A stretch of 64,000 bases of DNA, from NCBI RefSeq assembly GCF_947568905.1, contig NC_079166.1:37014001-37078000 (forward strand), read 5' to 3'. The DNA is from Ostrea edulis. Its lineage: Eukaryota. Within the stretch, counting starts at the first letter, position 1; each line of letters opens with the position of its first letter. The notes below the pieces were generated by a model. The model did no database searches, had not been told where the DNA came from, and saw only the letters and a list, made by a program, of their open reading frames with translations. Both the position numbers and the translations under genes were made by a program. Of the stretch, positions 26,559-40,089 are shown in pieces.

Positions 26559-27299
26559 AAATATATCAAAAGCAATAAATCAAACTGATAAAAAGAATTC
26601 TGGGCAACAAGAGATACTTGGACCACAACGCTCACCTGAGTCAGTAATATATTCTTTGGAACCCTGATTTAGAGTGAACAATATCAAGAACCATAATGTA
26701 TGCCATTGAAAGACTTGCATACACGTTTGAAAATTTGAAGGATTATTTCAAGTATGAATATATAAGTTTGTTTATATTATGGAGGTATAAAGACAATAGA
26801 AACATGATGTCATTTTTTTTTATATAATAGACAACGCTGATAATGAAGAGTATTACCAAAATATTCCATTGTTCTCATATCATCCATAATACAGAACAGT
26901 TAGGGTTTTATATCAATATTTTGTAATTCCATTTTTTAGTTTGTTTATCCAGAAAGAGAAACATAGAAAGAGTCGTGATTTATTGCCGGGGAAATCTTGG
27001 GCTATGTAGTCATCGCTTTTAGTTTTCCAACAAACTCTTTTAAGTAACACTTGAGACCTCTCATAGTCCATCCTTGTCAGAGACCATTGTCTTTTTTAAC
27101 ACATCTGTTCTTTGAAAACAAGTTTTATTAAAATGACATTACTTATAAAATTCACTACTGGTATTCCTTTATTACTTCCCAATGGAAAGAGTTTGAATTG
27201 TAAGGTTCATTGATCACGAAGAAGTCGGTAACTTTCCTTGGATTTTTTCTTTTTCAAATTGCATAAAGATTGTTCCTGACTTATGAATCTTTCTGTAAC

Positions 27300-28163
27300 A
27301 TTTATCCAAAAGTAAAAATCAATTTTTTAAAGAATATATGAGTGTCATAAATGCTATTAAAGCATGGATGAAAAAAGTCAAGTTTGATAAAAAATTAATT
27401 AAATTAACAAACCCTCTGATTATGTCAAGTATATACACTCTTCTACGATGCAAAAAATCAAGACAATTTTATACTCTTCTCAATCAAAACTGCACAGAAC
27501 CTACTGGTAAAAGAAAGTGGAATGAAATATTTGAATTAAATGACACAGAATGGAAAATGATCTTCAGACTGCCCTTTAAAGTTACAAGTAATTGTAAACT
27601 GCAGTGGTTTCAATACAGAATTCTGAACAAAATTTTAGCTTCAAACTCATACTTATTCAAAATCAAAATTAGAGATGATAAGAATTGTACATTCTGTCAG
27701 ATAGAAGAAGAAACAATTGAACATTTGTTTTGGGAATGTGATAGTGTTCAGCATTTCTTAAGAGAATTTGAAGTTTGTTTTGAACATAAGACCAATCTTC
27801 AAATATCAATAACAAAAAATAATTTTATTTTTGGATTTTTGGATGAAAAGAAAACTATACAAAATAATCTTGTTCTTTGGCTGAAATATTATATCTATAC
27901 TATGAGGTGTAAAGGGAAGACACTGAATGTAAATGTTGCGATATCGCTAATGAACACATGTTATGAAACTCAAAGACATATTGCATATAAAAATGGTGAA
28001 AAAGATTTGTTTGACACCTGCTGGAACCTCTGGAATCAATTATTTCATTGAGTGTTTGTTTGCTGTTGTTGTTTATTTTTTTTGTTTTTTGTTTGAAAAT
28101 TATCTTTTTTATAAATTTCAATATATATGTACCCTTTTAAAATATATTAAATAATGACTGAAC

Positions 28164-28212
<49 letters not shown>
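27300..28212 (+). mobile_element. 5'-truncated LINE (L1/Tx1-like): ORF2 C-terminus with zf-RVT, 3' UTR and (CT)n tail
   Basis: ORF 27338-28051 contains LQWFQYRILNKIL...CTFCQIEEETIEHLFWEC; (CT)n at ~28169-28212. Confidence 0.8.
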
Positions 28213-28214
<2 letters not shown>

Positions 28215-28589
28215 AAAATAATATATACATATACCTTTGATAGTTCTTCTAAACATTTTGTACAAGTTTCTTTGCAGAATGTATGTATATATATACTGTG
28301 TGTATGTTTAAAAAAAATAAATATAAAAAAAAAATTGCATAAAGATCCAAATTAAGAAAAACATATTGGTAATAGTGCATACAAGACTTAACTTTAAATG
28401 GTGGAAGATATACAAAACGTTCTACAGGGTCTGATGTAAAATTGTTATCCATGTATCCACTACAAATCTGTATTGATTAAAAAGAACGTGTGGGCACCTT
28501 GTACCTATTATGAAGTCATACCTACAATAACCAGGGGCAGCGTGTACCTATGAGAACGAGAGAGTAGGAATGAATGGACCCATGGGTGA

Positions 28590-28680
28590 TGGAGAAAGGA
28601 ACGAAGCGTACGAACAGCGACCAACTCCACCAAGCAATACAAAATCGAGAGTTAGGCAAACATTGACCCTTGGACATACC
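28590..28680 (-). mobile_element. Degenerate Penelope-like 3'-end fragment
   Basis: AAGCAATACAAAATCGAGAGTTAGGCAAACATTGACCCTTGGACATACC resembles 15011-15058. Confidence 0.6.
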
Positions 28681-29702
28681 TTTCCATCCAAAAGAAGAAG
28701 AAAACGTCACTAATTAAATCCTTTCGTCGTTCTCTGGTAAAAACAAAACAATCTAACAGAAAACAAACAGGAACAGGAACCTGTTATTATTGCACAATGA
28801 GATAGTAACATACACCAATATCATACACCAAGAGCTAGCAGACATTATCATTCTGAGAAATTTTAATGGTTTTTCTATGGTTCTAGCTAAAAGTACATTT
28901 ATTGGAAGAGAATTCTAGAATTCTTCCCTTAATACTTGCAGAATATTTCCTCAATGCAGATTTGAATTTCTTTTACTGCATTTTTAATAATTTTGGAGTT
29001 TTAAAGCATTAAATTTTCAACATGGCAAATCAAAATGATTGAGAATATTATAGCAAACTCATGCTCATGATTGTTTTTCATTTTGAAACGCTGAACGCTC
29101 TCTCCATTAACTAACAAACTTAACAACCAACACAAGCATATTGTATGTTTATATTTAAAACAGTAAATAAGAGATCGTTCAAAGTATGTTTACATATTTT
29201 GACAGACCATAAAAAATAAAAATAAAAACAGACTTCATCAGCCAGTTTCGCACAAAGATAACGATATAAAATAAACGAACCCTGAAATAAAAAGAAATAA
29301 ATCCAATCTAACAATATTTCAAATTCTTACTTCTTACAATTTACAATTCCTCAACATTTTATGAGATACTTTTAACAGATCAGTTAGTAGGTTACATTAT
29401 GTACAACATTTCCTATGTAATAAAAGTGTGCAGCATAAGATATCCTTCAAAGTATATATTCTAACTGACCATAAAAAATAAAACTAGACCACTCTATCAG
29501 TCTTTTTTTGCACATAGATACAAAAATATACTAGTATATAAAATAAAAAGGAATAAATCCAATCTCAAAATATTTCAAATTCCATCCCTTGTGACAATTC
29601 AAAATTCCTCAACTTATTATAAGATAGATGTACATTGAAAAAAAATCAGATAGTATGTTATATCCTGTACAGAGTTCCCTATATAACAAAAGTGTGTAGG
29701 AA

Positions 29703-30200
29703 AGCTGGGTAAACATCTGTATATGATGAGATAAATCTATTGAATTCTTCATTCTATGCAGCACAGCTGGGTAAATATCTGTATGTGATGAGATAAATCT
29801 ATTGAATTCTTCATTCTATGCAGCACAGCTGGGTAAATATCTGTATGTGATGAGATAAATCTATTGAATTCTTCATTCTATGCAGCACAGCTGGGTAAAT
29901 ATCTGTATGTGATGAGATAAATCTATTGAATTCTTCATTCTGTGCAGCACAGCTGGGTAAATATCTGTACATGATGAGATAAATCTATTGAATTCTTCAT
30001 TCTATGCAGCACAGCTGGGGGAAATATCTGTATGTGATGAGATAAATCTATTGAATTCTTCATTCTGTGCAGCACAGCTGGGTAAATATCTGTATGTGAT
30101 GAGATAAATCTACTGAATTCTTCATTCTATGCAGTACAGCTGGGTAAATATCTGTATGTGATGAGATAAATCTATTGAATTTTTCATTCTATGCAGTACA
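29703..30200. repeat. 62-bp tandem repeat, 8 units
   Basis: AGCTGGGTAAA recurs at 29703, 29765, 29827 and onward; only one unit is present in the paralogous block (~49580-49640). Confidence 0.95.
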
Positions 30201-31490
30201 GTGTACACCTGTATTGTGCTCAGCTCTACATTACAACGTGACATGTCTGTAAATGCAAGTAATGACAATATTGTAAACAGCAGTGTTCAAAGACTGCAAC
30301 CCTCCACCAAGGCTCTGTAATCTTTCTTTAACTGCATCTGTTCTCAGTCATATATCGAACGGAAAATTTAATCAGCTCTTCCGATTCATTCAAACATTCT
30401 TTGGCGAAAAGGACAATGTGCGGTAGTGACCATTATAACATCATGTATAAAATGAGGGAATTTTATATACATGTCAATGTTGTTTTTTTTAACAATTTGC
30501 ATAAAAAATACGGTATTTTTTGTTGTTCTCATAGTATGGCAGTTGATAATGATAGTATTCAAATTTACATACAATGATTTGAAATGAGGTATGAAAAAAA
30601 TTAAAGTAGTGTTTAACTATTAATTTCATTTATAAACTGGCTACAAAGGTAAAACGCTAGATACAATAATATTGTAAATAGTAGCATGCTTATGTCAGTG
30701 TTTGAAACACTACGCCAAATAAAAAACATAAAACTTACGTAAAACAACGTGAGAGGAACGTTTAACGTCCGACTCCTACAGGTGTGTATTATAGAGAACC
30801 TACATACAATGATATGTGCGTGACAATCAAGCACCTGGCAGTGTGTTTTATATAGAATACATAATGAGATTAGTATCGGACATTTTACATGTCTGCATAA
30901 ATAGACACAACATCTGTGATGTTTGAGAGGAAGGTTACACCCAGTGCATAAATCTGTCCTTAACCCTAGTATCACCGGAATCAATTCAGTATACATTAAT
31001 GATCTCCTTCACAAAACATTTTCAAAATCATAATTTTCTTCAGTCCTTCCAAAGCCATTACTAACATATATTAAAAAAAGACTTTGCTCATTAAAAATTA
31101 TTCATTACAAAGAATATTGAAATTCGAGAGCTTCCATGGTTTGTTTTCAGTCACTTGCCATTTTTGGGGGGTTAAAAATAGCCTGTAGCATTCTAGGTAA
31201 ATGAATATTTATCAGCTATAGCACAAATTCTCAACAAGTAAATATCCCCATTGACCAAATGTTATCATTTCATGGCAGTGTTACATTTTGACAAGTAAAA
31301 ATTATTCAAACTTCAAAATATCATTTCAAATAGTTCACTAAATGACTAAGGAATAAAAACATGGCGAATGCTTTCCATATTTGTTGAATTGTTATTTTGA
31401 AATATCTACGAAGGAACAAAAGCCCTTCTGGGGTTTTTGGGATGCAGTGGAAGAACCTCCTTTGCTGTGGCATCACTGCTACTCGACACA

Positions 31491-31601
31491 TCATGTGTTG
31501 TTCTGGGAATCGTCTGACAAGTGACCAAAATTCCCATCAATAGCAGCAGCTTTCATTCGTCTAAGAAGCTCAACGAATGAAATCCTTTCACTCACTTTTA
31601 T
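31491..31601 (-). pseudogene. Orphan duplicate of the terminal pseudokinase exon
   Basis: TTCCAG acceptor then IKVSERISFVELLRRMKAAAIDGNFGHLSDDSQNNT*; near-identical to 50941-51051; no upstream kinase exons seen nearby. Confidence 0.8.
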
Positions 31602-32126
31602 CTGGAAAAAGAATCCGTCATGTTTACAATTCAAGTATGTCTCATTTTGCTAGACATTTCATTAAGTCCTTCAAAATATCAGACAGAAATATATATCTCT
31701 ATAGCCATTTCACCCAGTCCCTGAAAACAATGCTTTGCAAGATAGTAACGTTTGAGATTAAGCAGATTTTTCTGAAAACTGTGGTTTGAGTTCATTGTGC
31801 TTTATCTTTTGTCGCAGTGTTATTTATCAAGTGCACCATATCTGTGATAAAAAGTTTGGTTCTTTTATAATTGACAAAACTTCCTCATCTACGAAAAATC
31901 AACCATTTCCAACATGCCAAAATTCTACATGTATGGTTTTTGCAATAATGGCCTCTTGTTGGATATTGAACCAGGAACCTCTGGCACAGTAGACAACTTG
32001 TCATCTTTGTATACAGTCGGTTGACTTGCGATAGTGTTACCAAGCCCTCGAAACACTCCAGTCTGGAGTTATGAATGGAATCTGTTGATGTGATAATCTC
32101 AGTAATTGGCAAGCATTAAGAAAATC

Positions 32127-32350
32127 GGGAGCGCATTTTACAAAAGAACTTATGACTTACGACCAAATTTAAACACTGGAATTTTTCCATTTATTGTAAG
32201 ATCATTCACTCCAATGTAAAATATCTTTTATAAAAATATTGAAAATTAAGCCTAAAAAAAGGTTTGATTAATTCAATCAAACTAATAATTGTTTAAAAAT
32301 ACAATTTAAGATTGCGTCTTTGTCGTAAGTCATTTTGTAAAACTGGTCCC
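32127..32350. mobile_element. MITE with imperfect TIRs
   Basis: GGGAGCGCATTTTACAAAA...TGACTTACGAC versus GTCGTAAGTCATTTTGTAAAACTGGTCCC. Confidence 0.5.
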
Positions 32351-33817
32351 TGGGGCTAAAAAATGTATTGTATCCGCTGTATGTTACAGTCAGTCTGTTA
32401 TTAGATCACGATGTCATACAGAGGAATTAAGATTTGTGTTTAAATTGACCAATCAATTCTTATTGATATAGACGATACTTTAAATATCCAGTCGCACGCA
32501 AATCCTTAAAATATTAGAGATCATGAAAAGTAATCGAGAGGCCTTGGGGCCAGAAGGAGGTGAATGCAAGGCTTTGTAAATTTAGAAGATGAAGTTACAC
32601 AATAATGATTTTGATGCTTGTTAAATTGGCAATTTAATCAAAATATACCATATCATAATGAAATGGTTTATAAAAGTCTTGATCAGTGATTTATTTTATG
32701 TTGCCAATTTTTTAAACTTTTAAATGTTAAAAGTACATCCTCCGCACCTCAGAAAATACCTGACACAAAGATGAAAAGTTACTTGTGTGTGACAATTAAG
32801 AGACAGCTCGAAAATCATTAATTAATTAATTATGAATTATATAAACTCTGTCATTATGATATAGTATATTAATGAGCACCTAATTAACATAAACTCAAAT
32901 AATTGAATATATCTTAAATTACTTGAAGACATCATTCAATTAGATACCTCTTCAAATAACTAACGATATCTTCAATTTTGAATTATTGTACGCATTGATT
33001 GAATTGTTGGTAGAATTAATTAATCTGTTGAATTGATGAGCGCTATAATTCAATTCAATTGTTGCTCTCTTGAGAAGAATTGATGATATCAACAATATCG
33101 AATTCATGCGCGCTACAATTCAATTAATGTGTGCAAAAATTCTTTTAGATAGAGCAACCATATAATTAAACACATATCTTCAATTCAACATATTCAAAAT
33201 TGAATTAATGATATCTTTAATTGAATTCTTGCTCTCTTTAAATGAAATGATGCGTGAATTAATGCCTTATAAAAAGCGTTGTGAATAATTAAAAATATCT
33301 CCTATTAAATTAAGGAAATCATCAAATGATTTATACCGAGTTCCAAATTAAACTTTTGCAAGCAGTTATTCCACTACATTGGTGCGCTTATAAATTAAAT
33401 TGATGAGAGCGATAATTGAATCGATATGAGCATCAAATCAATTAATGCTCTCATCAATTGAATTAATACCCACATCAACTCCGTTATTGCTCCCATCAAT
33501 TGAATTAATGCAGGGATCAAATCATTTATTGCTCTCGTCAATGGAATTGATCCGCGCATTATATTACTGAATTGATATTTTCAAATAATAAATCATATCT
33601 TCAGTGTTCACCCACAAAAGAACCGCTATAGTGCTGTATTCTGACTCTGAGGCCGCTCGATCATTTCTCATGATCTTTAATTTGGATTAAAAGGTTTTCT
33701 ATGTGACTTGGTATTCAAAGTATCCAACATAAGACTTTTACACCAATAATTGAATTGAAGAAACACAGCCCACTCACTTTTGCCCATGGCAGGACTTTCA
33801 CCTGCAAGTCTAGGGGT

Positions 33818-33964
33818 GGTCAACGGCACCAAATGTAACAAGAAGAGCGAAAATGCAACGGGCAAGACCGGGATTCGAACCCCAACCCCCCTGAATTCTC
33901 TGGTCAGATGATCTACCAACTTTGCTAACTGGCCATCGGTGATCGAATCTGTATGGCAGCTACA
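33818..33964 (-). mobile_element. Short TG...CA LTR-like unit containing a tRNA-like sequence, followed by a PBS-like motif (TRIM-like)
   Basis: Minus strand reads TGTAGC(33964)...GGCCAGTTAGCAAAGTTGG (A box)...GGTTCGAATCCC (B box)...TGTTACA(33834) TT TGGTGCCGTTGACC. Confidence 0.5.
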
Positions 33965-35154
33965 GCCGTATAGAAAATTATCAATTATCAACAACAAAAC
34001 ATCAAACGTTTGTCATGGATAATGAAATAAATAAGCTTCACCAAATTCAAAATGAAAGCCGCTAGCTCTTACTAGTATCGCAGGGTCGCTGTTTTGTTGC
34101 AAACAACACAAAACTGGGTCGGTCTCAGACAATTATTTTGTTTCAATAGAAAGGGAAAAATACGTAAGCATGCTCACAAACATGCACACAAAACAATACA
34201 CATACATAAAACACAAGACATAAACTAAAAGACATTTAAACATTTACGATAATCGATGATCATAATATTAATACGACTGTCAGAATAATTACATATATTT
34301 AACAAGTAATGGAATTACAAGATAAATGTAAATCTTACCAGGCACCCAGTATCATAAATGAAAAATATTAAAGTTACATCGAGTGAATCGATATGCGCTA
34401 CCAAGGACTGTACAATATAGATAGAGTCTATAACATAACCCAGTCACGGTTTCCGGGGAAAATATTTCCGATACGGTTTTCACATCTACAATTTTCTTGA
34501 ACACCGAACTCGATTGTATTTTTGGTGACATTGAAACTTTTTGAAGCGGGAAATACAACATGATATCCATATTTTATGTGTATGAAGTCTTCTTTTCATA
34601 TCAGCAACTCTAAGAGATGGCTGGAGAAACTAGGTATGAATGTTGTATCAAGATAATCATGAAATAGGTATACTTTTTTTTTTAAATTCGGTTTAAGAGC
34701 TCTGTGCATAGATGTTATTTGTTTATCAACTTTATGTTTGTACACAGTGCCGACTTTAGATAAGATTTACTTACTTAATTATTTAGGAAAAAAATCTCAA
34801 CAGCTTGATAAAAAAATTGTGAAGACAAATTGCCCGGGTTCAATTTACTCTAGGAAAATGAGAGGGGGGTGTGTGACAAATTTTGTTTAGTGTTGACAGT
34901 TGCTTGTTGTCTTTCAAATCAGTAGTGACGCTTGGAAAGACCTGTTTGATGCCAGATCAACATCATTCTGTGGATATGTGACATCCTTTACAAAATTGGA
35001 CAGGTTGCTACAGGAGTATGAATATACAACTTCCTCCAGGTTCCGTTGTTTAAAAAGTTCCAAACAATTTGGAAAGGATCTGGGTAAGATCCTGTTGCTA
35101 TATTTTATTGTTGGCAAAGTTATTTCTTGGTTCTTCAGTACATCTTGTAACCAT

Positions 35155-35520
35155 TTTTAGCTCACTTGAGACAATTAAGGGCTAACTTGAGCTTTTCTAA
35201 TTGAAGTTTATCTGTTGTCCGTCATTGGTGTTGTCGTCGTAAACACAATTTCATCTTTTTCTCTTGAGAACCACTGGGCATATTTCAACCAAATTAGCCA
35301 CAAGGTATCCTTGGTTGGAGGGAATTCAAGTTTGTTCAAGTGAAGGACCAAATCTTCTTGCATAGTGAGATAAAGGAAATAATGCAAATTAGATAGGGTC
35401 ATTAAAATAATTTCAAGAACCACAGGTCAAGAACATTTGAAAATTATGAAATCATCCTTTCATAGTGTAGATTTAAGTTGGTTCAAATTAACACCTCACA
35501 AAAAATGTCAAATTTTCAAT
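35155..35520 (+). mobile_element. Helentron-associated (HINE-type) element, 5' fragment
   Basis: Starts TTTTTAGCTCAC like 44471, followed by a GTC/TGT microsatellite and AACCACTGGGC...TTTCAACCAAA. Confidence 0.5.
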
Positions 35521-36038
35521 GGGAATAAATAGGAGAAATGATTTAGAATCTTTATAAGAACAGGAGGGTAATGATTAATAATACTACAATGCAATTAACC
35601 TCAGGGGTATGAGATTCACATTTTTTTCAAATCAATTAACTTAAATTCAGCATTTTCTTTTGCAATTACTGTAGATGAAGGAAAGGTTGATAAATCCCAT
35701 ATCATAGGGATGCCATCATATAGAATATGATGGCATCCCTCTCATAATAATGGGTAAAAAAGTAATGGAATGCCATCAAGGACATGACAGAGACAAAAAC
35801 AACAACAAAAAGAAACAACTGAAAGCAAGAGAAGATGAAAGTATGCATCATGTATTCTGTTACTAATGAAATAATTCACATTTTCGGTTGCAGTATAAAT
35901 ATCACTCTATCATAGTGTGGCAATACAAGAGGCCATCATCTTAATTGATTCTGTTTAATGAACAGACTGTAATGATGGATTTAAGTTTATCCTAATACAC
36001 AGAAAATGTAAATAATACAATTACGGACTTAAAAAGTG

Positions 36039-36041
<3 letters not shown>

Positions 36042-36090
<49 letters not shown>
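36042..36090. repeat. (AT)n microsatellite
   Basis: Directly visible; a second tract lies at ~36676-36714. Confidence 0.95.
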
Positions 36091-36095
<5 letters not shown>

Positions 36096-36669
36096 CACTA
36101 AAGTTCCAACAACACCCGATACCTCAAAGTGTCGGATCCACAACATGGATACAAGGTCAAATACAAAAAATTATACAAAGCACTAAAATGACCAACGACA
36201 CGAACAACAAGATTGTCAAATTATTGGGACGACCCGTCCCTTCTTCAGGACAAACGAAAACAATTACATAATGTGGTCACAGAGCATAATAACAAAAACC
36301 ACATATAAATACATCTAGCACTACAACTACACTAATCTACAAACGTATTTACAACTTAGACTACATGTTTTGGTCTTTAGGCTTGCCAATCAATGTTAAA
36401 AGTGGAGCGAATTAGGACATGCCTTATTCGTCCAAAGAGCTGATCCAAAATGTCCGAAAAGAAAAACAATAAACTTAATTAATCTCAAGTGGAACGAGTT
36501 AACCCAATTACGTTTACAAATGGTAAAGCTAACTCGTACCCAGAGAGATTCTATTTTAACCATGCATAATTTATAAAAGATAATAAGTAACACATACAAA
36601 AAAATAAATAAATAATAAATAAATAAATAAATGAAAATAAGCTAAGTAAACGAAATAAGAGATGAACAA

Positions 36670-36716
<47 letters not shown>

Positions 36717-36719
36717 CAT

Positions 36720-39430
36720 AAGCTGCATAACCCAGTCCACGGTTTTCACATTAACTTTTAATGATATTGAATAACGGACCAGTTGGGCTATATCCAGTTA
36801 CTGAGAAACATAACCCAGTGACTGAACAACATAACCCAGTGACTGAACAACATAACCCAGTGACTGAACAACATAACTCAGTCCCTAAACAACATAATCC
36901 AGTCACGGAAAAACCTAACCCAGTCACTGAACAACATAACTCAGTCCCTAAACAACATAATCCAGTCACGGAAAAACCTAACCCAGTCACTGAACAACAT
37001 AACTCAGTCCCTAAACAACATAATCCAGTCACGGAAAAACCTAACCCAGTCACTGAACAACATAACTCAGTCCCTAAACAACATAATCCAGTCACGGAAA
37101 AACCTAACCCAGTCACTGAACAACATAACTCAGTCACTGAACAACATAATCCAGTCACGGAAAAACCTAACCCAGTCACTGAACAACATAACTCAGTCCC
37201 TAAACAACATAATCCAGTCACGGAAAAACCTAACCCAGTCACTGAACAACATAACTCAGTCACTGAACAACATAATCCAGTCACGGAAAAACCTAACCCA
37301 GTCACTGAACAACATAACTCAGTCCCTAAACAACATAATCCAGTCACGGAAAAACCTAACCCAGTCACTGAACAACATAACTCAGTCCCTAAACAACATA
37401 ATCCAGTCACGGAAAAACCTAACCCAGTCACTGAACAACATAACTCAGTCCCTAAACAACATAATCCAGTCACGGAAAAACCTAACCCAGTCACTGAACA
37501 ACATAACTCAGTCCCTAAACAACATAATCCAGTCACGGAAAAACCTAACCCAGTCACTGAACAACATAACTCAGTCCCTAAACAACATAATCCAGTCACG
37601 GAAAAACCTAACCCAGTCACTGAACAACATAACTCAGTCACTGAACAACATAATCCAGTCACGGAAAAACCTAACCCAGTCACTGAACAACCTAACCCAG
37701 TCACTGAACAACATAATCCAGTCACGGAAAAACCTAACCCAGTCACTGAACAACCTAACCCAGTCACTGAACAACCTAACCCAGTCACTGAACAACATAA
37801 CCCAATCACTGAACAACATAACCCAGTCACTGAACAATATAACCCAGTCACTGAACAACATAACTCTTGTCATTGAACAACCTAACCCAGTCACAGAGAA
37901 ACCTAACCCAGTCACTGAACAACATAAACCTGTCACTGAACAACATAATCCAGTCACTGAACAACATAACCCAGTCACTGAACAACATAACCCAGTCACT
38001 GAAAAACATAACTCAGTCACTGAACAACCTAACCCAGTCACTGAACAACATAACCCAGTCACTGAGAAACCTAACCCAGTCACTGAACAACATAACCCAG
38101 TCACTGAACAACATAACCCGGTCACTGAACAACCTAACCCAGTCACGGAGAAATATAACCCAGTCACTGAACAACATAACCCAGTCATTGAACAACCTAA
38201 CCCAGTCACTGAGAAACCTAACCCAGTCTCTGAGAAACATAACACAGTCACTGAGAAACCTAACCCAGTCACTGAACAACATAACCTAGTCACTGAAAAA
38301 CCTAACCCAGTCACTGAACAACATAACCCAATCACTGAAAAACATAACCCAGTCACTGAAAAACCTAACCCAGTCTCTGAGAAACATAACCCAGTCACAG
38401 AGAAACTTAAACCAGTCTCTGAACAACCTAACCCAGTCACTGAACAACATACCCTAGTCACTGAGAAACCTAACCCAGTCACTGAACAACATAACCCAGT
38501 CACTGAACAACCTAACCCAGTCACTGAACATCATAACCCAGTCACTGAACAACCTACACCAGTCACTGAGAAACCTAACCCAGTCACTGAACAACATAAC
38601 CTAGTCACTGAAAAACCTAACCCAGTCACTGAACAACATAACCCAATCACTGAAAAACATAACCCAGTCACTGAAAAACATAACCCAGTCTCTGAGAAAC
38701 ATAACCCAGTCACAGAGAAACCTAACCTAGTCTCTGAATAACATAACCCAGTCACTGAACAACCTAACCCAGTCACTGATCAACATAACCCAGTCACTGA
38801 ACAACATAACCCTGTCATTGAACAACCTAACCCAGTCACGGAAAAACCTAACCCAGTCACTGAGAAACCTAACCAGTCACTGAACAACATAACACAGTCA
38901 CTGAACAATATAACCCAGTCACTGAGAATCCTAACCCAGTCACTGAACAACATAAACTAGTCACTGAACAACATAACCCAGTCACTGAGAAACCTAACCC
39001 AGTCACTGAACAACATAACCCAGTCACAGAGAAACCTAACCCAGTCACTGAACAACATACCCCAGTCACTGAACAACATAACCCAGTCACTGAACAACAT
39101 AACCCAGTCACTGAACAACCTAACCCAGTCACTGAACAACATACCCTAGTCACTGAGAAACCTAACCCAGTTACTGAACAACATAACCTAGTCACTGAAA
39201 AACCTAACCCAGTCACTGCACAACATAGCCTAGTCACTGAACAACATAACCCAGTCACTGAACAACATAACCCAGTCACCGAACAACCTAACCCAGTCAC
39301 TGAACAACATAACCCAGTCACTGAACAACATACCCCAGTCACTGAGAAACCTAACCCAGTCACTGAACAACATAACCCAGTCACTGAACAACATAACCCA
39401 GACTCTGAATGACATAACCCTGTCTATGAG
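36720..39430. repeat. 21-bp satellite (~130 units) with a 63-bp higher-order segment
   Basis: Unit AACCCAGTCACTGAACAACAT; a three-monomer cycle spans ~36880-37640; lies between CaRF-like exons. Confidence 0.95.
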
Positions 39431-40089
39431 CAACATATTTATTGCAACAGTGTAAAATCTTTATAACAGCGTAGCCCTTTTATTGTAGTCTAACCACACC
39501 TATAAACCAAAACGTCGTTTGGTGCAGAACAGCAAAAAGAAAGCTTGTCCTGTTCGAATTAAAATTCGGCATGTTGTGAAGTTCTTAAGCTATTCGGTTA
39601 GTATTAGTTTCCACCATAAAGTATTGAAAATTTTATCAGTAAATGTAATGTGTTAAAATGTTTAGTGTTTATGTAAAGATTGATGTATGCTTTACTGTTT
39701 GATATTAGCTATGACAAGCTACATGTATGAGACACTAAGAAAACTAATGGAAATATTAATTGATGCATTTTTGTCAGTAGTAGTATCAATATTTAAAGTG
39801 AATAAGAGATACAATTTCATTAAAAGCTTTCAAGTGAAGAAAAGACACCTCATTATCAGAAGAAACTGGTTAGGAATCTTAAAGAAGACCTGAAAAATTC
39901 ACCTGTAGAGAATATTGAACATCGTTTTTATGTACAGTTCCCTGAGGTTGAAGATCATAGAAACCACCTGAAAGGAGAGGTAAATTAAGATAATTATCAA
40001 GGGTATTGTATATTTAAAGTTAATATCAAGATCTTAACAAGTAAAGTTTGTTTTTCTTCATCAAATATTTGGGGGCATAAAGTTTTTAG

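Noticed and set aside
29703-30200. Regular repeats resembling a CRISPR array (also 59365-60085 and 60454-61450)
   Set aside because: Units are contiguous with no unique spacers, there are no cas genes, and the context is eukaryotic.
32915-33600. AT-rich stretch rich in AATTGAATT-type motifs
   Set aside because: Probably an old non-autonomous transposon, but I could not define ends, TIRs or a period, so it is not called.
33861-33934. Functional tRNA gene
   Set aside because: A and B boxes are present but the arms pair poorly, and it sits inside an LTR/PBS-like context; treated as element-derived.
36751-39436. Long ORFs on both strands (NPVTEQH / SVTGLCC repeats) resembling mucin- or antifreeze-like proteins
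   Set aside because: They arise from a 21-bp (multiple of 3) satellite that is open in several frames on both strands, lack unique flanking coding sequence, and lie between exons of another gene.
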